A stretch of 63,087 nt of DNA, the filler included, from Octopus bimaculoides (taxonomy: Eukaryota): assembly GCF_001194135.2 (NCBI RefSeq). It is 3 parts of 2 records of this genome, joined end to end, with 100 filler letters (N's around TTAATTAATTAA, not from the genome) between each part and the next. Parts side by side here need not be neighbours in the genome. Positions count along the whole stretch, not along the records: positions 1 to 27,562 come from NC_068989.1; positions 27,663 to 54,113 come from NC_068981.1; 1 more part is not named here. One strand, 5' to 3'. Below, one piece after another: positions 21,151 to 33,784 of this stretch; within the stretch, counting starts at the first letter, position 1, and every line of letters begins with the position of its first letter. Made by a program: the position numbers and the translations under genes. Below the pieces are notes generated by a model. That model worked only from the letters and a program-made list of their open reading frames with translations. It did not search any database and was not told where the DNA came from.

Positions 21151-22376
21151 CAGAGATGGCGATGATTTTGACGTATTACGGAAATGATTATATATTTGTG
21201 AAAGAGCTCGATGGCGGATTCTTCAGCTTTCAATTTCTGAAGTGTCAACCTCCTTGATTGTTATAATTATATATTACTAAAAAGGACAGAAAAAAAAATG
21301 TAAAAAGTAACGAGGTGAGAAGAGAAGAAAATGTCTGCCAAGTATTAACTTATTTAACGTATCGCCATCTTGTAGCTTCCCTCTATAACAGAAAGAAATA
21401 TAATATGGATAGAATTAAAGTTGACTTCAGGTTCTTGTGTCAACACTGAAAGAACTAACATTCGTTGAGTGGCATGGATGCGATGCAATTCTTTTTAATG
21501 GTTGGTATATCATAATTTCGAGTGGTGCTTCAGTCGAGCAATTTGGTCAGACTTATTCTAAAAAACTGTAGTAAATTAAACTGGAAAAAGAGGCTCTCTT
21601 TAATATTTTAAAGGGCGTAGTTACAAAAAAAAACAAAAACCAAAACCAAAGAAGGTGGTGAGTCAATATTAGTTTTCAAATCCCTCCCGACCTAAACTCC
21701 TGCAAACATTCAAACGAAGCTGGTAATCTATTTGAAACAATCGTTTGCAAAATGTGTCGCTGCTTTATTCCAGAATTGGAGACCAATTGTTGTTGTTTTT
21801 CTCTTTTCCTTATTCTCGAATACACATTTTTAAATAGTTTTTTTTTTTCCCCCAGTTTTTAGTAAATGTTCTTCAACCATCACGACTATTTTCGTGATAA
21901 TGTATTTATTCAGATGGCAACGCCTCTTTCAGCCTCTGCTGAAATTTTTCTTTTTTGTTTCTAATTTAAGATTATATGTTATGATGTGTTACTTAACTCA
22001 CCGTTATGTTTAGATTAAGAATGAGAATATACATTTCGATATGTACAGATACTTTAATCTCCGATAACTAACTTTTGTTTTCTATCGATGATTGAACCTC
22101 TATTAGAATACCGTTGAATCTTTCTATTGTTTTGAAGGGTCCTTTACTAAACTGTTAATTTTATGGCGAATCTGACTGACTGGCAAGATCAACCTTATTT
22201 GATTAAACATGACTGGAGATGAAACTGAATAATGTCGAGTGTTTAGTCAATTGAAACAACTCTTCATAATTTGAATTGGAAGGATTAACAATCACTGCGG
22301 TGAGATTTGAACTTAAAGTAGACCATTTATCGGTTGAAACACCCTTTGACTGGACACAATGACGGTTACGCCTCAT

Positions 22377-22416
<40 letters not shown>

Positions 22417-23179
22417 NNNNNNNNNNNNNNNNNNNNNNNNNNNNNNNNNNNNNNNNNNNNNNNNNNNNNNNNNNNNNNNNNNNNNNNNNNNNNNNNNNNN
22501 NNNNNNNNNNNNNNNNNNNNNNNNNNNNNNNNNNNNNNNNNNNNNNNNNNNNNNNNNNNNNNNNNNNNNNNNNNNNNNNNNNNNNNNNNNNNNNNNNNNN
22601 NNNNNNNNNNNNNNNNNNNNNNNNNNNNNNNNNNNNNNNNNNNNNNNNNNNNNNNNNNNNNNNNNNNNNNNNNNNNNNNNNNNNNNNNNNNNNNNNNNNN
22701 NNNNNNNNNNNNNNNNNNNNNNNNNNNNNNNNNNNNNNNNNNNNNNNNNNNNNNNNNNNNNNNNNNNNNNNNNNNNNNNNNNNNNNNNNNNNNNNNNNNN
22801 NNNNNNNNNNNNNNNNNNNNNNNNNNNNNNNNNNNNNNNNNNNNNNNNNNNNNNNNNNNNNNNNNNNNNNNNNNNNNNNNNNNNNNNNNNNNNNNNNNNN
22901 NNNNNNNNNNNNNNNNNNNNNNNNNNNNNNNNNNNNNNNNNNNNNNNNNNNNNNNNNNNNNNNNNNNNNNNNNNNNNNNNNNNNNNNNNNNNNNNNNNNN
23001 NNNNNNNNNNNNNNNNNNNNNNNNNNNNNNNNNNNNNNNNNNNNNNNNNNNNNNNNNNNNNNNNNNNNNNNNNNNNNNNNNNNNNNNNNNNNNNNNNNNN
23101 NNNNNNNNNNNNNNNNNNNNNNNNNNNNNNNNNNNNNNNNNNNNNNNNNNNNNNNNNNNNNNNNNNNNNNNNNNATTTT

Positions 23180-25450
23180 AATGTTGGAGTAGTCTGATTT
23201 TTGTGGCGAAGGTTAGATATCTGGAAAAGCTGATATCCCTGCCAATTCTTACCGTTACATATCCAATGAGGCTATCTTTTTGTCGATGCTGCTGCCTAGG
23301 AATGTGAAGGCTAATTGGTTCTGCGACGAAAGTGTAAAACTGAAGTATTATTTAATTTTTTTTTTCTTTGGTAACTGTCGAAGTTGTGGGCCAGAATCGC
23401 CTCCATTTTCTGCATCTGCTACTGAATGGGAAACGGTAATGCCAAAAGACAGTTAAAATCCTGTTCCTCTAGTTATGATTGCTATGTTTACTGTGTGAGG
23501 CTTTCTTTGTACTTCATTCAATGAGAAGCTGGAAAAAGATGACCGAAAGCCCTGTCCCGTTCCGTTATTAACTTCAACGCTCTTCGTTGGTCGACCTCTA
23601 TAAATACAAACCGCTCCGAAAATAAGTTTCTGACCATCGTCATTTTCGGGTTTCCGACTTTGTAGAATCACTCTTTCTAGACCAGTTGATTCCAATTATG
23701 TTTTAATAGTGGGCCCCTTTGACTATTTTATTCTGGTAGACCCCACAGTTGTTCGACACTTAAAGCCTTGCTTTAGAGATACTTCTTTCAAAATTCTTTC
23801 GTTTTTCACTCATTCACTTGTGTAGGTCTGCAGTAAGATTTCCTTTGAGAACGTATTTCACTGACTGAAAACCTGTTGAACTGTACAACAGAGAGAAGCC
23901 CTTTTCTTGTAATAAATACATCCAAAGAAAAATTTTTCATGGACCCTTAAAATACTAGTGGACCCCCAATTTACTATTTTGCTTGCGTGGACCTCTCCAA
24001 AATCTAAGGCGGACCCATCAGAAATCTTATGGACCCCGTTTGAGAACTGTTTTCGAATATCTCCCTGTTGCGTGTACAGGCAACAAGAAAATTGACATCA
24101 ATAAAGTTGTCTCTTGGTTAACAACTGCATTTCTAATTATTGAATATGTGGAAGGTTTTTTTTCCATATTGTACGAAGACCATTGCTCTGTTAGAAGAGA
24201 ACCAAGCTACACAAATCTGTGTTATTGGTAATTTAAAAGTTGACACTGCTGTTGGGAATATATTTTCATAATTTACAGTTCGACATTATCTCTAACTGGG
24301 CAGCCATCTACACCACTGTTTGCGTGCTGTTTGCGATGAAAAACTTTTAATAATTTCCACAGACATGTGGGTAAAACTCATTTCTTTGTTGGATTAAAAT
24401 AAACCTATGAATGAAATGTCTCGTAGAAAAATTACATCGGTCTACTTCTGAACTTGTGCCAATACATCTCCCACCCACAGTTATGTATACAACATTACAA
24501 TCAACTGTCACGAAAAAAATTGAATTTTTGCTATTTGTAGTGACTGACACGAAATAATTCTGGTTGCTTGAAGTTAATGGCAAACTTTATCCGATTGAAT
24601 ATCGTCTGATTTTAAAGCTTTGATCCCCAAGCCTCACTGCTACCTCAAGTTAGTCGAAAGAAAGCACATCTCCCTGCTTAGCTCTCTTCCTCTGTGGTGT
24701 GTCGCAGATGGTTCGCAAAGATGTCCTCCAGGCTGCAGTTCTCGCGATCTTCAGATGAGATCTCGTCAGATTCAGCGCTCATTCCTTGGATCTGTGAGCT
24801 CCTGCTTCACTTCAGCTCAGTTCTAGTAATTGTGTGGTCGTCCAATGATGGCGGTGATGTCTTTTTGTTGTTTGCTTGGTGGGTTGCCCCAGCAGATTCT
24901 TGAAGTGCATGAAACATGCCCGTAAGCTGTATTTATTTATTTGTTTTGCTTGTGTGGCCTACCTTGAACTTTTTCTCCTCATTGTTCACCCCTTTTTCTT
25001 ACCTTCATTGGTTGCGTCCACTCGCAGATCCACTGAGCCAGCTCCTCTTCCTCCAGCCGGTCGGACACCTCAAATAGTGTGACCTTGACAGCTACGACCT
25101 TATCCTGAAGTTTTCTCACTTCTTCGTGATAAAAAAAAACCCTCAAAGCACTCACTCCCTACTCTCTGTGCAACGACGACGATGACGTCATGGTGCTGAA
25201 AGAGATAACTCTTCTTCATTCATCTCATTTTCACCAAAAAATTGTTTTGGCATTTGCTGCGATGAATCACTGATAAGACCCAGTGAAACTCTCCTCTTTC
25301 AGCAATTGTTGATGACGCGCTTCGACAGTACAATGGACTTGTAGCTCGGATTGAAAGCAACGCTCTCCAACCGATCTTCACTATAAAACCTGAATGCTTC
25401 GACCATCACTGTCGTTGTAGCCACATTCTTTTTAACGCAGTTCGGAGCAG
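23180..25450 (-). mobile_element. Highly decayed RTE-like LINE reverse transcriptase region
   Basis: Collinear minus-strand peptide remnants in the expected order: HFKNLLG, ITRTELK, TIFNRIK, FVQY..K.F, VEVNNGTGQG..SS, FTFLGSSI. Many stops and frameshifts. Confidence 0.5.
23920..24050. mobile_element. hAT-type MITE end inserted in the LINE remnant
   Basis: Five GGACCC-like subterminal motifs followed by TTTGAGAAC. Confidence 0.4.
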
Positions 25451-26637
25451 CTTGTGTTGAATGTATTGAAGACTTGGGTTTATAATTCTCTTATTCCCCA
25501 CCGTGCATTGAATAATAATTAATTTTCCACAGCAGCATCTCGTGGAGAAAGTTAAATACTGGTGGTTATTATCCATTTTATCTTGTATTTTTTAGTTTTG
25601 AAAATTGAATTTCAAGCATATTAGGAAAATATATTCAGAACTTTTTTGAAACTAAAATCGAATTTTGACTAAACCTGGAGCTACCCTTAAAAAAAAAATT
25701 TTTTTTATTTATTTATACAGCAAGAGATAAAATTCGAACCTTTTCTCAAATGGTATAAACATAATTTCAACATATTTTTCCAGAAAAATTTAATTTTGGA
25801 GCAGTCAAAATAAAAAAAAAAACACTCTTTGCTATGGCTTTAAACAATATTTCAATATTATGATTTTCGCCTTTTATGGTATTTCAAGATCGATGCGAGT
25901 GTTCAAGAATTATGTTCACCGTCCAGTGTACAACATGTGAAGTGGCAAGCTGACTGGATCGTTAGCGCGTCGGACAAAACATTTAGCGAGATTTCTTCCA
26001 GCTCTTTACGTTACGAGTTCAAATCCCGCCGAAGTCAGTTATGCCAGTCATCAATTCGGGATCGATACAATAAATTATCAGTCAAGAAGTACAGTGATCG
26101 ATATAATCTACGTGCCGTCTCCCTTCAAAAGTTAATGGTTTTTAGTCTTGCAATTGACCGGCGTCCGTTCAGAAGGAATATTGTGATCTCGGTCACTTAT
26201 ATTCCATGGAAAGGGGATAGTATGTAATCGTTTGTCACATTCTCGGCAAATCATGTCAACGAAATTCTGTATTTCTTTTTGAATTAAGTCTTGGAATTTT
26301 TTAAAATGTTAGAATATGAAGACCTTATAAGTGAGAGGAGTCAACTGACCAAGTCTTTCGGAATGGCACGGCTGTAAGATTATATTAAAAACGTTAATTT
26401 TTTTCTTTATTTTTTTTCTCTCAAACGAGGCTTGATGCAGCTGTGGTGCAAAAGGGGTGACGAAGAAGGAAAAGAGTTCAAAAGATGTCGACTGAAAGAT
26501 AATTCAAAGGATTGAACATCATAATCGAGAGGAACGAAGACAATGGTAATGGATTCTAGAGAGTAGCAGTTCAAGGAAAGGACTACCAGGAAGATCAACA
26601 GAGAAATCATGCACTTGAGAAGAGAAGCGGGCGACAT

Positions 26638-26670
<33 letters not shown>

Positions 26671-27562
26671 ATTGACAAAGTTCGTCGGAGCGATGATTGA
26701 GAATGTGTTCTTTACGTTTGTTACTTCTGATTGCAAACAGGTGAATTCAAACTAAAATTTTCAATATTTTCTAAACTGAGTTCAAATTCCTCCCGAGGTA
26801 GACTTTGCCTTTCATCCTTTCGGGTTGATAAAACCAGTGCCAGTCGAGCATTGGGATCTATGTAATCAACTTGCTGGCCTTGTGCAAACATTTGAAACCA
26901 ATATTTTCTAAACAAAAGGTGAGGCATAAGACATCCGATGACATCATAATTAGTTTAAGAAATACAGCATTTGAGTTGATCGGAGATCAAACCAATGCCC
27001 AGCTGTATACTTAACTATATTCCAAGACTCATTTTCCCGTTGTTGCATAAAAGACATGAATTCTAAATAAGATTTATATTTTAAGATGGACCCAATCCAA
27101 CGGGGGTGAGGAGATCATGAAGGCCCAACAACCAATTGTTGAATTCATCCGGCAAGCGATAGACACGAGTTCAAGTCTCCTTAATTGGCCTGTTGCTATT
27201 TTCTTGTCTAAAGTTGATGTTTATAATGCATAATACTGTAGTGTGGTGTGAAGGTGGCGAGCTGACTGAATCGTTAGCACGCCGGGCAAAAATGCTTAGC
27301 GACATTTCATCTGTCTTCGTGTTCTGAGCTCAAAATCTGTCGAGGGTAAACTTTGCCTTTTATCTTTTCGAGGTCAATAAAATAAGTACCAGTTGAGCAC
27401 TGGGATCGATGTAATCTATAATGGACTGTACTGATCGATATTATTGCCAGTGGCACACAAAGAAATAAATACGGTAAAGTAAAATATTCATATTCGGAAA
27501 ATAAAATCTTTGTTGGACTCTGGAGCAACAAGATGTTTCTCAAGAGAAATGCTTGCAACAAT

Positions 27563-27662
27563 NNNNNNNNNNNNNNNNNNNNNNNNNNNNNNNNNNNNNN
27601 NNNNNNTTAATTAATTAANNNNNNNNNNNNNNNNNNNNNNNNNNNNNNNNNNNNNNNNNNNN
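27563..27662. other. Artificial scaffold linker 44N-TTAATTAATTAA-44N
   Basis: Exactly 100 nt with stops in all six frames. Identical to the linker at 54114-54213. Confidence 0.95.
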
Positions 27663-27711
<49 letters not shown>

Positions 27712-29190
27712 GCGATGGGTATAAGGCATCGAAACCCAGGGTAATTAAGAGCTTAGTTGTTTAAGTCCAACGAGTTATCACATTGCAGTAAATCAACCTC
27801 TCTCTTTCTCGCTCTCATATATACACATGTTTGTTTGTATGTATATTTGATTCTCTCATTCTAATTTGTATTTAAACCAACAATAGCTTATGACGAGCAA
27901 AATCGGTAGTATTCCCGCTAATGCTAGATAAAAATTGCATTGAATTAATCTAATTTAAATTAATTTATACTTATTAATTATGTATCTTAATTACGTAATC
28001 ATAGAATTAATGATGCTTAAATGTAATGACACAGCTGTTAAAAATAATTAAATTTAATTAATGATCTCCTTCTGAAATTTATAAAAGACTTTCATGCTTC
28101 ATGTTGTATGTATGTATCCGTATGTATATAATGTTTAGATATGCACACACATACATATATACATGTATATATATATATATGTGTTTGTATATATGAATAC
28201 ATACACACACGCACACATACACACACACACAGTAATAATTTAAAAATCAGGTAGGCATCTTGTAGCATCTGTTTAAAGCCGGTCCACAATATTCGGTTAC
28301 CTGATGTCAACAACAGTATGTCACTGGATTTACTCGAGGAATTTCTTTGTGCCGTACGAGACTATTCAAAACCACTACAATCGTTTCGACTCAACCTGTA
28401 ACCGTACCTTACAGGTGAGATGCTATACAATCTTCACGCGTTATATGAGAAGATGCATCTCCTCAGATGATTTTTCAAATATATATCTAGTTCTTCACTA
28501 ACTGTTTTGCTTATTCTTATAACAAGAAACTTTTAGTTAGTGTAGCATTCCACCTGTCTCTATAAGGAACTGAAATGGAATTTATCTATTATTCTATCTC
28601 AGTTCGTTTTAAAGACAGATGGAATGTCACATTTATATTTTGATCTTTTGCCATCATGTCTTTCTTTAAACCTTTAAATCTTTAAAGCTTTCATAACTTT
28701 TCTATCTCCACACACATTCCATCCGTACATGATAATATACAAGTACATACACCCGCGTACACATCTGCTAGATTCTACAGACACACAACATATGCGCGCA
28801 TGCGCACTAATACTCACTCATATAATCTCAGATTTATGCTACTGTTACTATCTCCCACTTCCCTCGCCGTCCCTAGATTCTAAACTTAAATTACTTCTAC
28901 CAACCTGACGGGCAAAATTAAGTCTACTATTTTGACTGATAATACATTATCTTCCATCCCACTTCATTCACCTCACCCTATTTATTTCAAATACCACTAA
29001 TATATCTTCATCCTTTAACTCTGTTTAAATGGCTTGATAGAATTCTACATTGCGTTTACTTATCTATTCTACAACAGACCCGCGAATGACCCCAGCCTAA
29101 ATTCATAAATACATCTCCCCAGCCAATTTCAATAACAAACCATCTCGCCTCACTCTCTTTACTCATATTCTTCTCCGTAACAAACATACA

Positions 29191-29384
29191 CATTCCCATA
29201 TATATATATTTTCTTTTGTTCTTGCTTCTTCACAAATATGTTTTCCTCACGAACTGTACTTTTTACGCATTTCGTTCGAATCCCCACCCATTCCCATATA
29301 TATATATTTTCTTTTGTTTTTGCTTCTTCACAAATATGTTTTCCTCACGAACTGTACTTTTTACGCATTTCGTTCGAATCCCCA
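29191..29384. repeat. 98-bp tandem duplication
   Basis: Units 29191-29288 and 29289-29384, with one substitution. Confidence 0.9.
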
Positions 29385-30444
29385 AACGAGTTAACACGCG
29401 ATCTCCTAGCGAAAATGTAAACGTCATATGATCAAGGTATCCTTGGCCTAAAGAGTAGCTTGCGGTCTACTCCTCGTTTGGATAATTTACTACTTCCGAG
29501 GCTCCGCTAGCTATATATGACAGGCTTCCACACAACTTCAGTCACGAGGCATTGGTCGGTCCGGGGTTATAGCAGATGGACCTGAACCCGAAACCACGTG
29601 GTCGCAAAGCGAGCTAAGGAAAAATAAAAATATTTATCCACCAAATGCGGTGTTGAACACACGTACTTACTGTTCGANNNNNNNNNNNNNNNNNNNNNNN
29701 NNNNNNNNNNNNNNNNNNNNNNNNNNNNNNNNNNNNNNNNNNNNNNNNNNNNNNNNNNNNNNNNNNNNNNNNNNNNNNNNNNNNNNNNNNNNNNNNNNNN
29801 NNNNNTATATATATATATATATTTCAATGCAATAGTTATTATAAACATTACGCACACATACACGTACTCAACCGCTCTCTGGATAATGGGAAAATAGTAA
29901 AATAATAAAATTATTCGCAGGAAGAAAAGACAGAGACTCCTATACAACAGAAAATAATTTACAAATGATTTATTGAGTCCATAATTCCAAATTGAAGTGA
30001 TTTTCGCAGTTTATGTTATTTTATACTTCACAAATTTGTTATAATCTTTCACGGTTTTCGACTATGCTGTGTTTATTTTGTCTTCTTTTTCCTATTCGAA
30101 CTGTTGTTAATTTGTCTTTTGTTAATGCTGTATTTCAGATTCTTTAGTAGCGATATTTTGTAAAGAAGTAGAGGTAATGATGCTTAGGTTTGCAAACGCG
30201 TTATTTTATACTCGGGCTATAATGTAGTGTGACTTTTGACAAAAGCAATTAGGAAGATCGGTGCTATTGTTATTGAATGGTATGTTAATACAAACCAAGG
30301 CAATATTGTTACAGAAATGTGTTTTCAGGCAGTAAAAGAAATAGTAACTGTATAGATGATTCGGTGTTTTTTTCCCCTCTGCCTTGCTTTTTCTCCCTCT
30401 TAACACACACTCATACACACTTATGTATGTATATATATGTGTGC

Positions 30445-30475
<31 letters not shown>

Positions 30476-30764
30476 NNNNNNNNNNTTTCTCACCTTCCCG
30501 AGCGTTAAACTAATACACCTGTTTGTTGTTTATACGCTTATCTTCGTTTTTTGTTTTTCCGTAAATTCCAACTATAGGTCAGTTGGAACTTATTTTCTCG
30601 AAAGGATGAAAGGCAAAGTCGACCTCGGTGGAATTTGAATACAGAATATATGAAAATATCGGTCAGTATTTGGCACGGTGCAGTAACGATTCTGCCAGTA
30701 CGCCTTATGCACGCACGCACGCACGCACGCAGGCAGGCAGGCAGGCAGGCACGCACGCACGTAT

Positions 30765-30814
<50 letters not shown>

Positions 30815-30839
30815 GCGCATACGCTCGCACACACATGAT

Positions 30840-31107
30840 TTAGTGGACAGACGAAAGAGAAAGATACAGCATGCCCAGCTTACAACAAGGAATGCCATAA
30901 GGAAGAAAGAAAAGTCAAAGAGATATGACAGGTTAGCTTGGGAAGTTAAGCAGTTGTGGTCGATGAAAAAGGTAGCAGTAGTACCAATAATTGCCAGAGC
31001 CCTGGGAACAGTGAGCAAAAATCTCGAGAAGTACGTGGAACAAATAGGGGCTGCAATAAGTGTGGAGCACATGCAGAAAACAGCACTGCCTGGAATTGCT
31101 CGAATAC
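30840..31107 (+). mobile_element. R4/Dong-like non-LTR retrotransposon, C-terminal restriction-like endonuclease region
   Basis: EKSKRYDRLAWEVKQLWSMKKVAVVPIIARALGTV...MQKTALPGIARI matches EK..KY..LA.E...LW....V.P....ALG...QK.ALLG.A.I. Confidence 0.75.
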
Positions 31108-33746
31108 NNNNNNNNNNNNNNNNNNNNNNNNNNNNNNNNNNNNNNNNNNNNNNNNNNNNNNNNNNNNNNNNNNNNNNNNNNNNNNNNNNNNNNNNNNNNN
31201 NNNNNNNNNNNNNNNNNNNNNNNNNNNNNNNNNNNNNNNNNNNNNNNNNNNNNNNNNNNNNNNNNNNNNNNNNNNNNNNNNNNNNNNNNNNNNNNNNNNN
31301 NNNNNNNNNNNNNNNNNNNNNNNNNNNNNNNNNNNNNNNNNNNNNNNNNNNNNNNNNNNNNNNNNNNNNNNNNNNNNNNNNNNNNNNNNNNNNNNNNNNN
31401 NNNNNNNNNNNNNNNNNNNNNNNNNNNNNNNNNNNNNNNNNNNNNNNNNNNNNNNNNNNNNNNNNNNNNNNNNNNNNNNNNNNNNNNNNNNNNNNNNNNN
31501 NNNNNNNNNNNNNNNNNNNNNNNNNNNNNNNNNNNNNNNNNNNNNNNNNNNNNNNNNNNNNNNNNNNNNNNNNNNNNNNNNNNNNNNNNNNNNNNNNNNN
31601 NNNNNNNNNNNNNNNNNNNNNNNNNNNNNNNNNNNNNNNNNNNNNNNNNNNNNNNNNNNNNNNNNNNNNNNNNNNNNNNNNNNNNNNNNNNNNNNNNNNN
31701 NNNNNNNNNNNNNNNNNNNNNNNNNNNNNNNNNNNNNNNNNNNNNNNNNNNNNNNNNNNNNNNNNNNNNNNNNNNNNNNNNNNNNNNNNNNNNNNNNNNN
31801 NNNNNNNNNNNNNNNNNNNNNNNNNNNNNNNNNNNNNNNNNNNNNNNNNNNNNNNNNNNNNNNNNNNNNNNNNNNNNNNNNNNNNNNNNNNNNNNNNNNN
31901 NNNNNNNNNNNNNNNNNNNNNNNNNNNNNNNNNNNNNNNNNNNNNNNNNNNNNNNNNNNNNNNNNNNNNNNNNNNNNNNTATATATATGTTAATATTTGT
32001 GTGAAGTTATTTTTAAAAATGTAGTTTAACATTAAATTGAAGGGTCATTTAATACTTGTTAGCGGCGTACATATCTTTCACTTTTTATTAAGAAAATGTT
32101 GACAGTAACTTCAAAGTCTGGGCTTACTAGTCATCGAACTGTTTTTAACTTCAGATGTTACCGCAGCAGGTTTACATAAAATTATCAAGGAACACATGAT
32201 GGGTTAGAAAACATTTCCTGAGAGAGAAAGGAGGGAGAAATCTCCGGACGATTTCTGTATTCTTGAAAATATTTAACCAGTCATCGTTTTTGATTTTTTA
32301 TGATAATCTCTTAAGCTAAAAATTTTAGTAACAGTCAACCCCACCATTATATATGTAGTCAGCGACTCATGCTTTCTGGAGACAGGATTTTGGAAAGCAA
32401 GAGGAGGACACCAAGGAGTCAAGATCTGGGTGGGCCTGGCTCCCCGTAGAGTGTCAGGTATAAGTGCCGAAACACTTGTCGGATGGTAGTTGTTCCTCTG
32501 AAGATCTCTCCTGCTGTGCATACGCATTGTAGCGAGTTTCTGTTACATGTATGCATGTATGTATGTATGTATGTATGTATGTATGTATGTATGTATGTTT
32601 GTATGTATGTATGTATGTATGTATATATGTATGTATGCATGCATGTATGTATGTATGTATGTATGTATGTATGTATGTATATATGTTTGTAGTTAGCCAC
32701 CTATGGTTTATAATTAAATTACCAGTAATTTTAATTATCTGATGTTGTTTCTCAAACATTTCTATATACAAACTAGTTACTAGAATGACAACAAGCAATG
32801 GTGACGGTTATAATTCCGCTGACAACGGCAAAGCCCCCAGAAACATTCTGAATTATCTCACTTGGTTGTTCAACTTGACAAATATTCTAGGGCTAACCCC
32901 TAATGCTTTTTCTCTATTCGACTCTAAAGTATTTATTTCTGAGTTTGAAAACATTGGGAATTGTATAAAAAACTACGTTTTTATTATATAAATAGACGCT
33001 AAACATCCTCTTAAAATTATATATGCTTGAAAAGAAACTTTAGAACCATAACAATACAATTTTAATAAAACAGAATTTTATTAAAATCGCATTGTTACGC
33101 CTCCCAAATTTCTTAGTAACGTCTTAACAAGATGTTTTAAAAAATAATTTAACTTATGTATGTATGTATGTATGTATGTATGTATGTATGTATGTATGTA
33201 TGTATATATATCTTTGTGTGTATAACGTAATAGCTTAGAAAAAAACCATTGGTTTCATATCTAGCGTGAACTAGACATCTCTTCAGTTTCTCTAAGCGAT
33301 AACCGTTCTCTGCAAAAAATGTTTTTTTAAACACAAGAACGCCGGTGATAGTTCAAGAAATATTCGTCTTAAACAATTATGGCCGGGCGAGTTGTTTTCC
33401 TTTGCTTGATAGCTAGGTTTTTCAATTTTGAAGTAAAAATTTCCGAAAATGTGGACAACTCCCCACGGCTTCCGTCCTGGTGTTCAGGTAGCCTCCTGGC
33501 TCATGTGATCCAGGTCATAAAAAAGAGAATGAATATTTTATTCTTTTATACTTTTATTAGTTTCAGTCATTTGACTGCGGTCATGGTGGACCACCGCGTT
33601 AAAGGGTTTTAGTGAAAGAAATTAACCCCAGGACTTATTTCTTTTGTAAGCCGAGTACTTATTATATCGGTCGTTTTTGTCGAACCGTTAAGTTACAGGG
33701 ACGTGAACGCACCAATATTGATTGTCAAGCGATGGTGGGGGACAAA

Positions 33747-33784
<38 letters not shown>

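Noticed and set aside
27607-27618. TTAATTAATTAA palindrome as a biological motif
   Set aside because: Embedded symmetrically in N runs twice; synthetic six-frame stop linker.
28330-28500. Possible LINE ORF C-terminus (..FFKYISSS)
   Set aside because: Similarity is too weak, with stops; it cannot be supported without a profile search.
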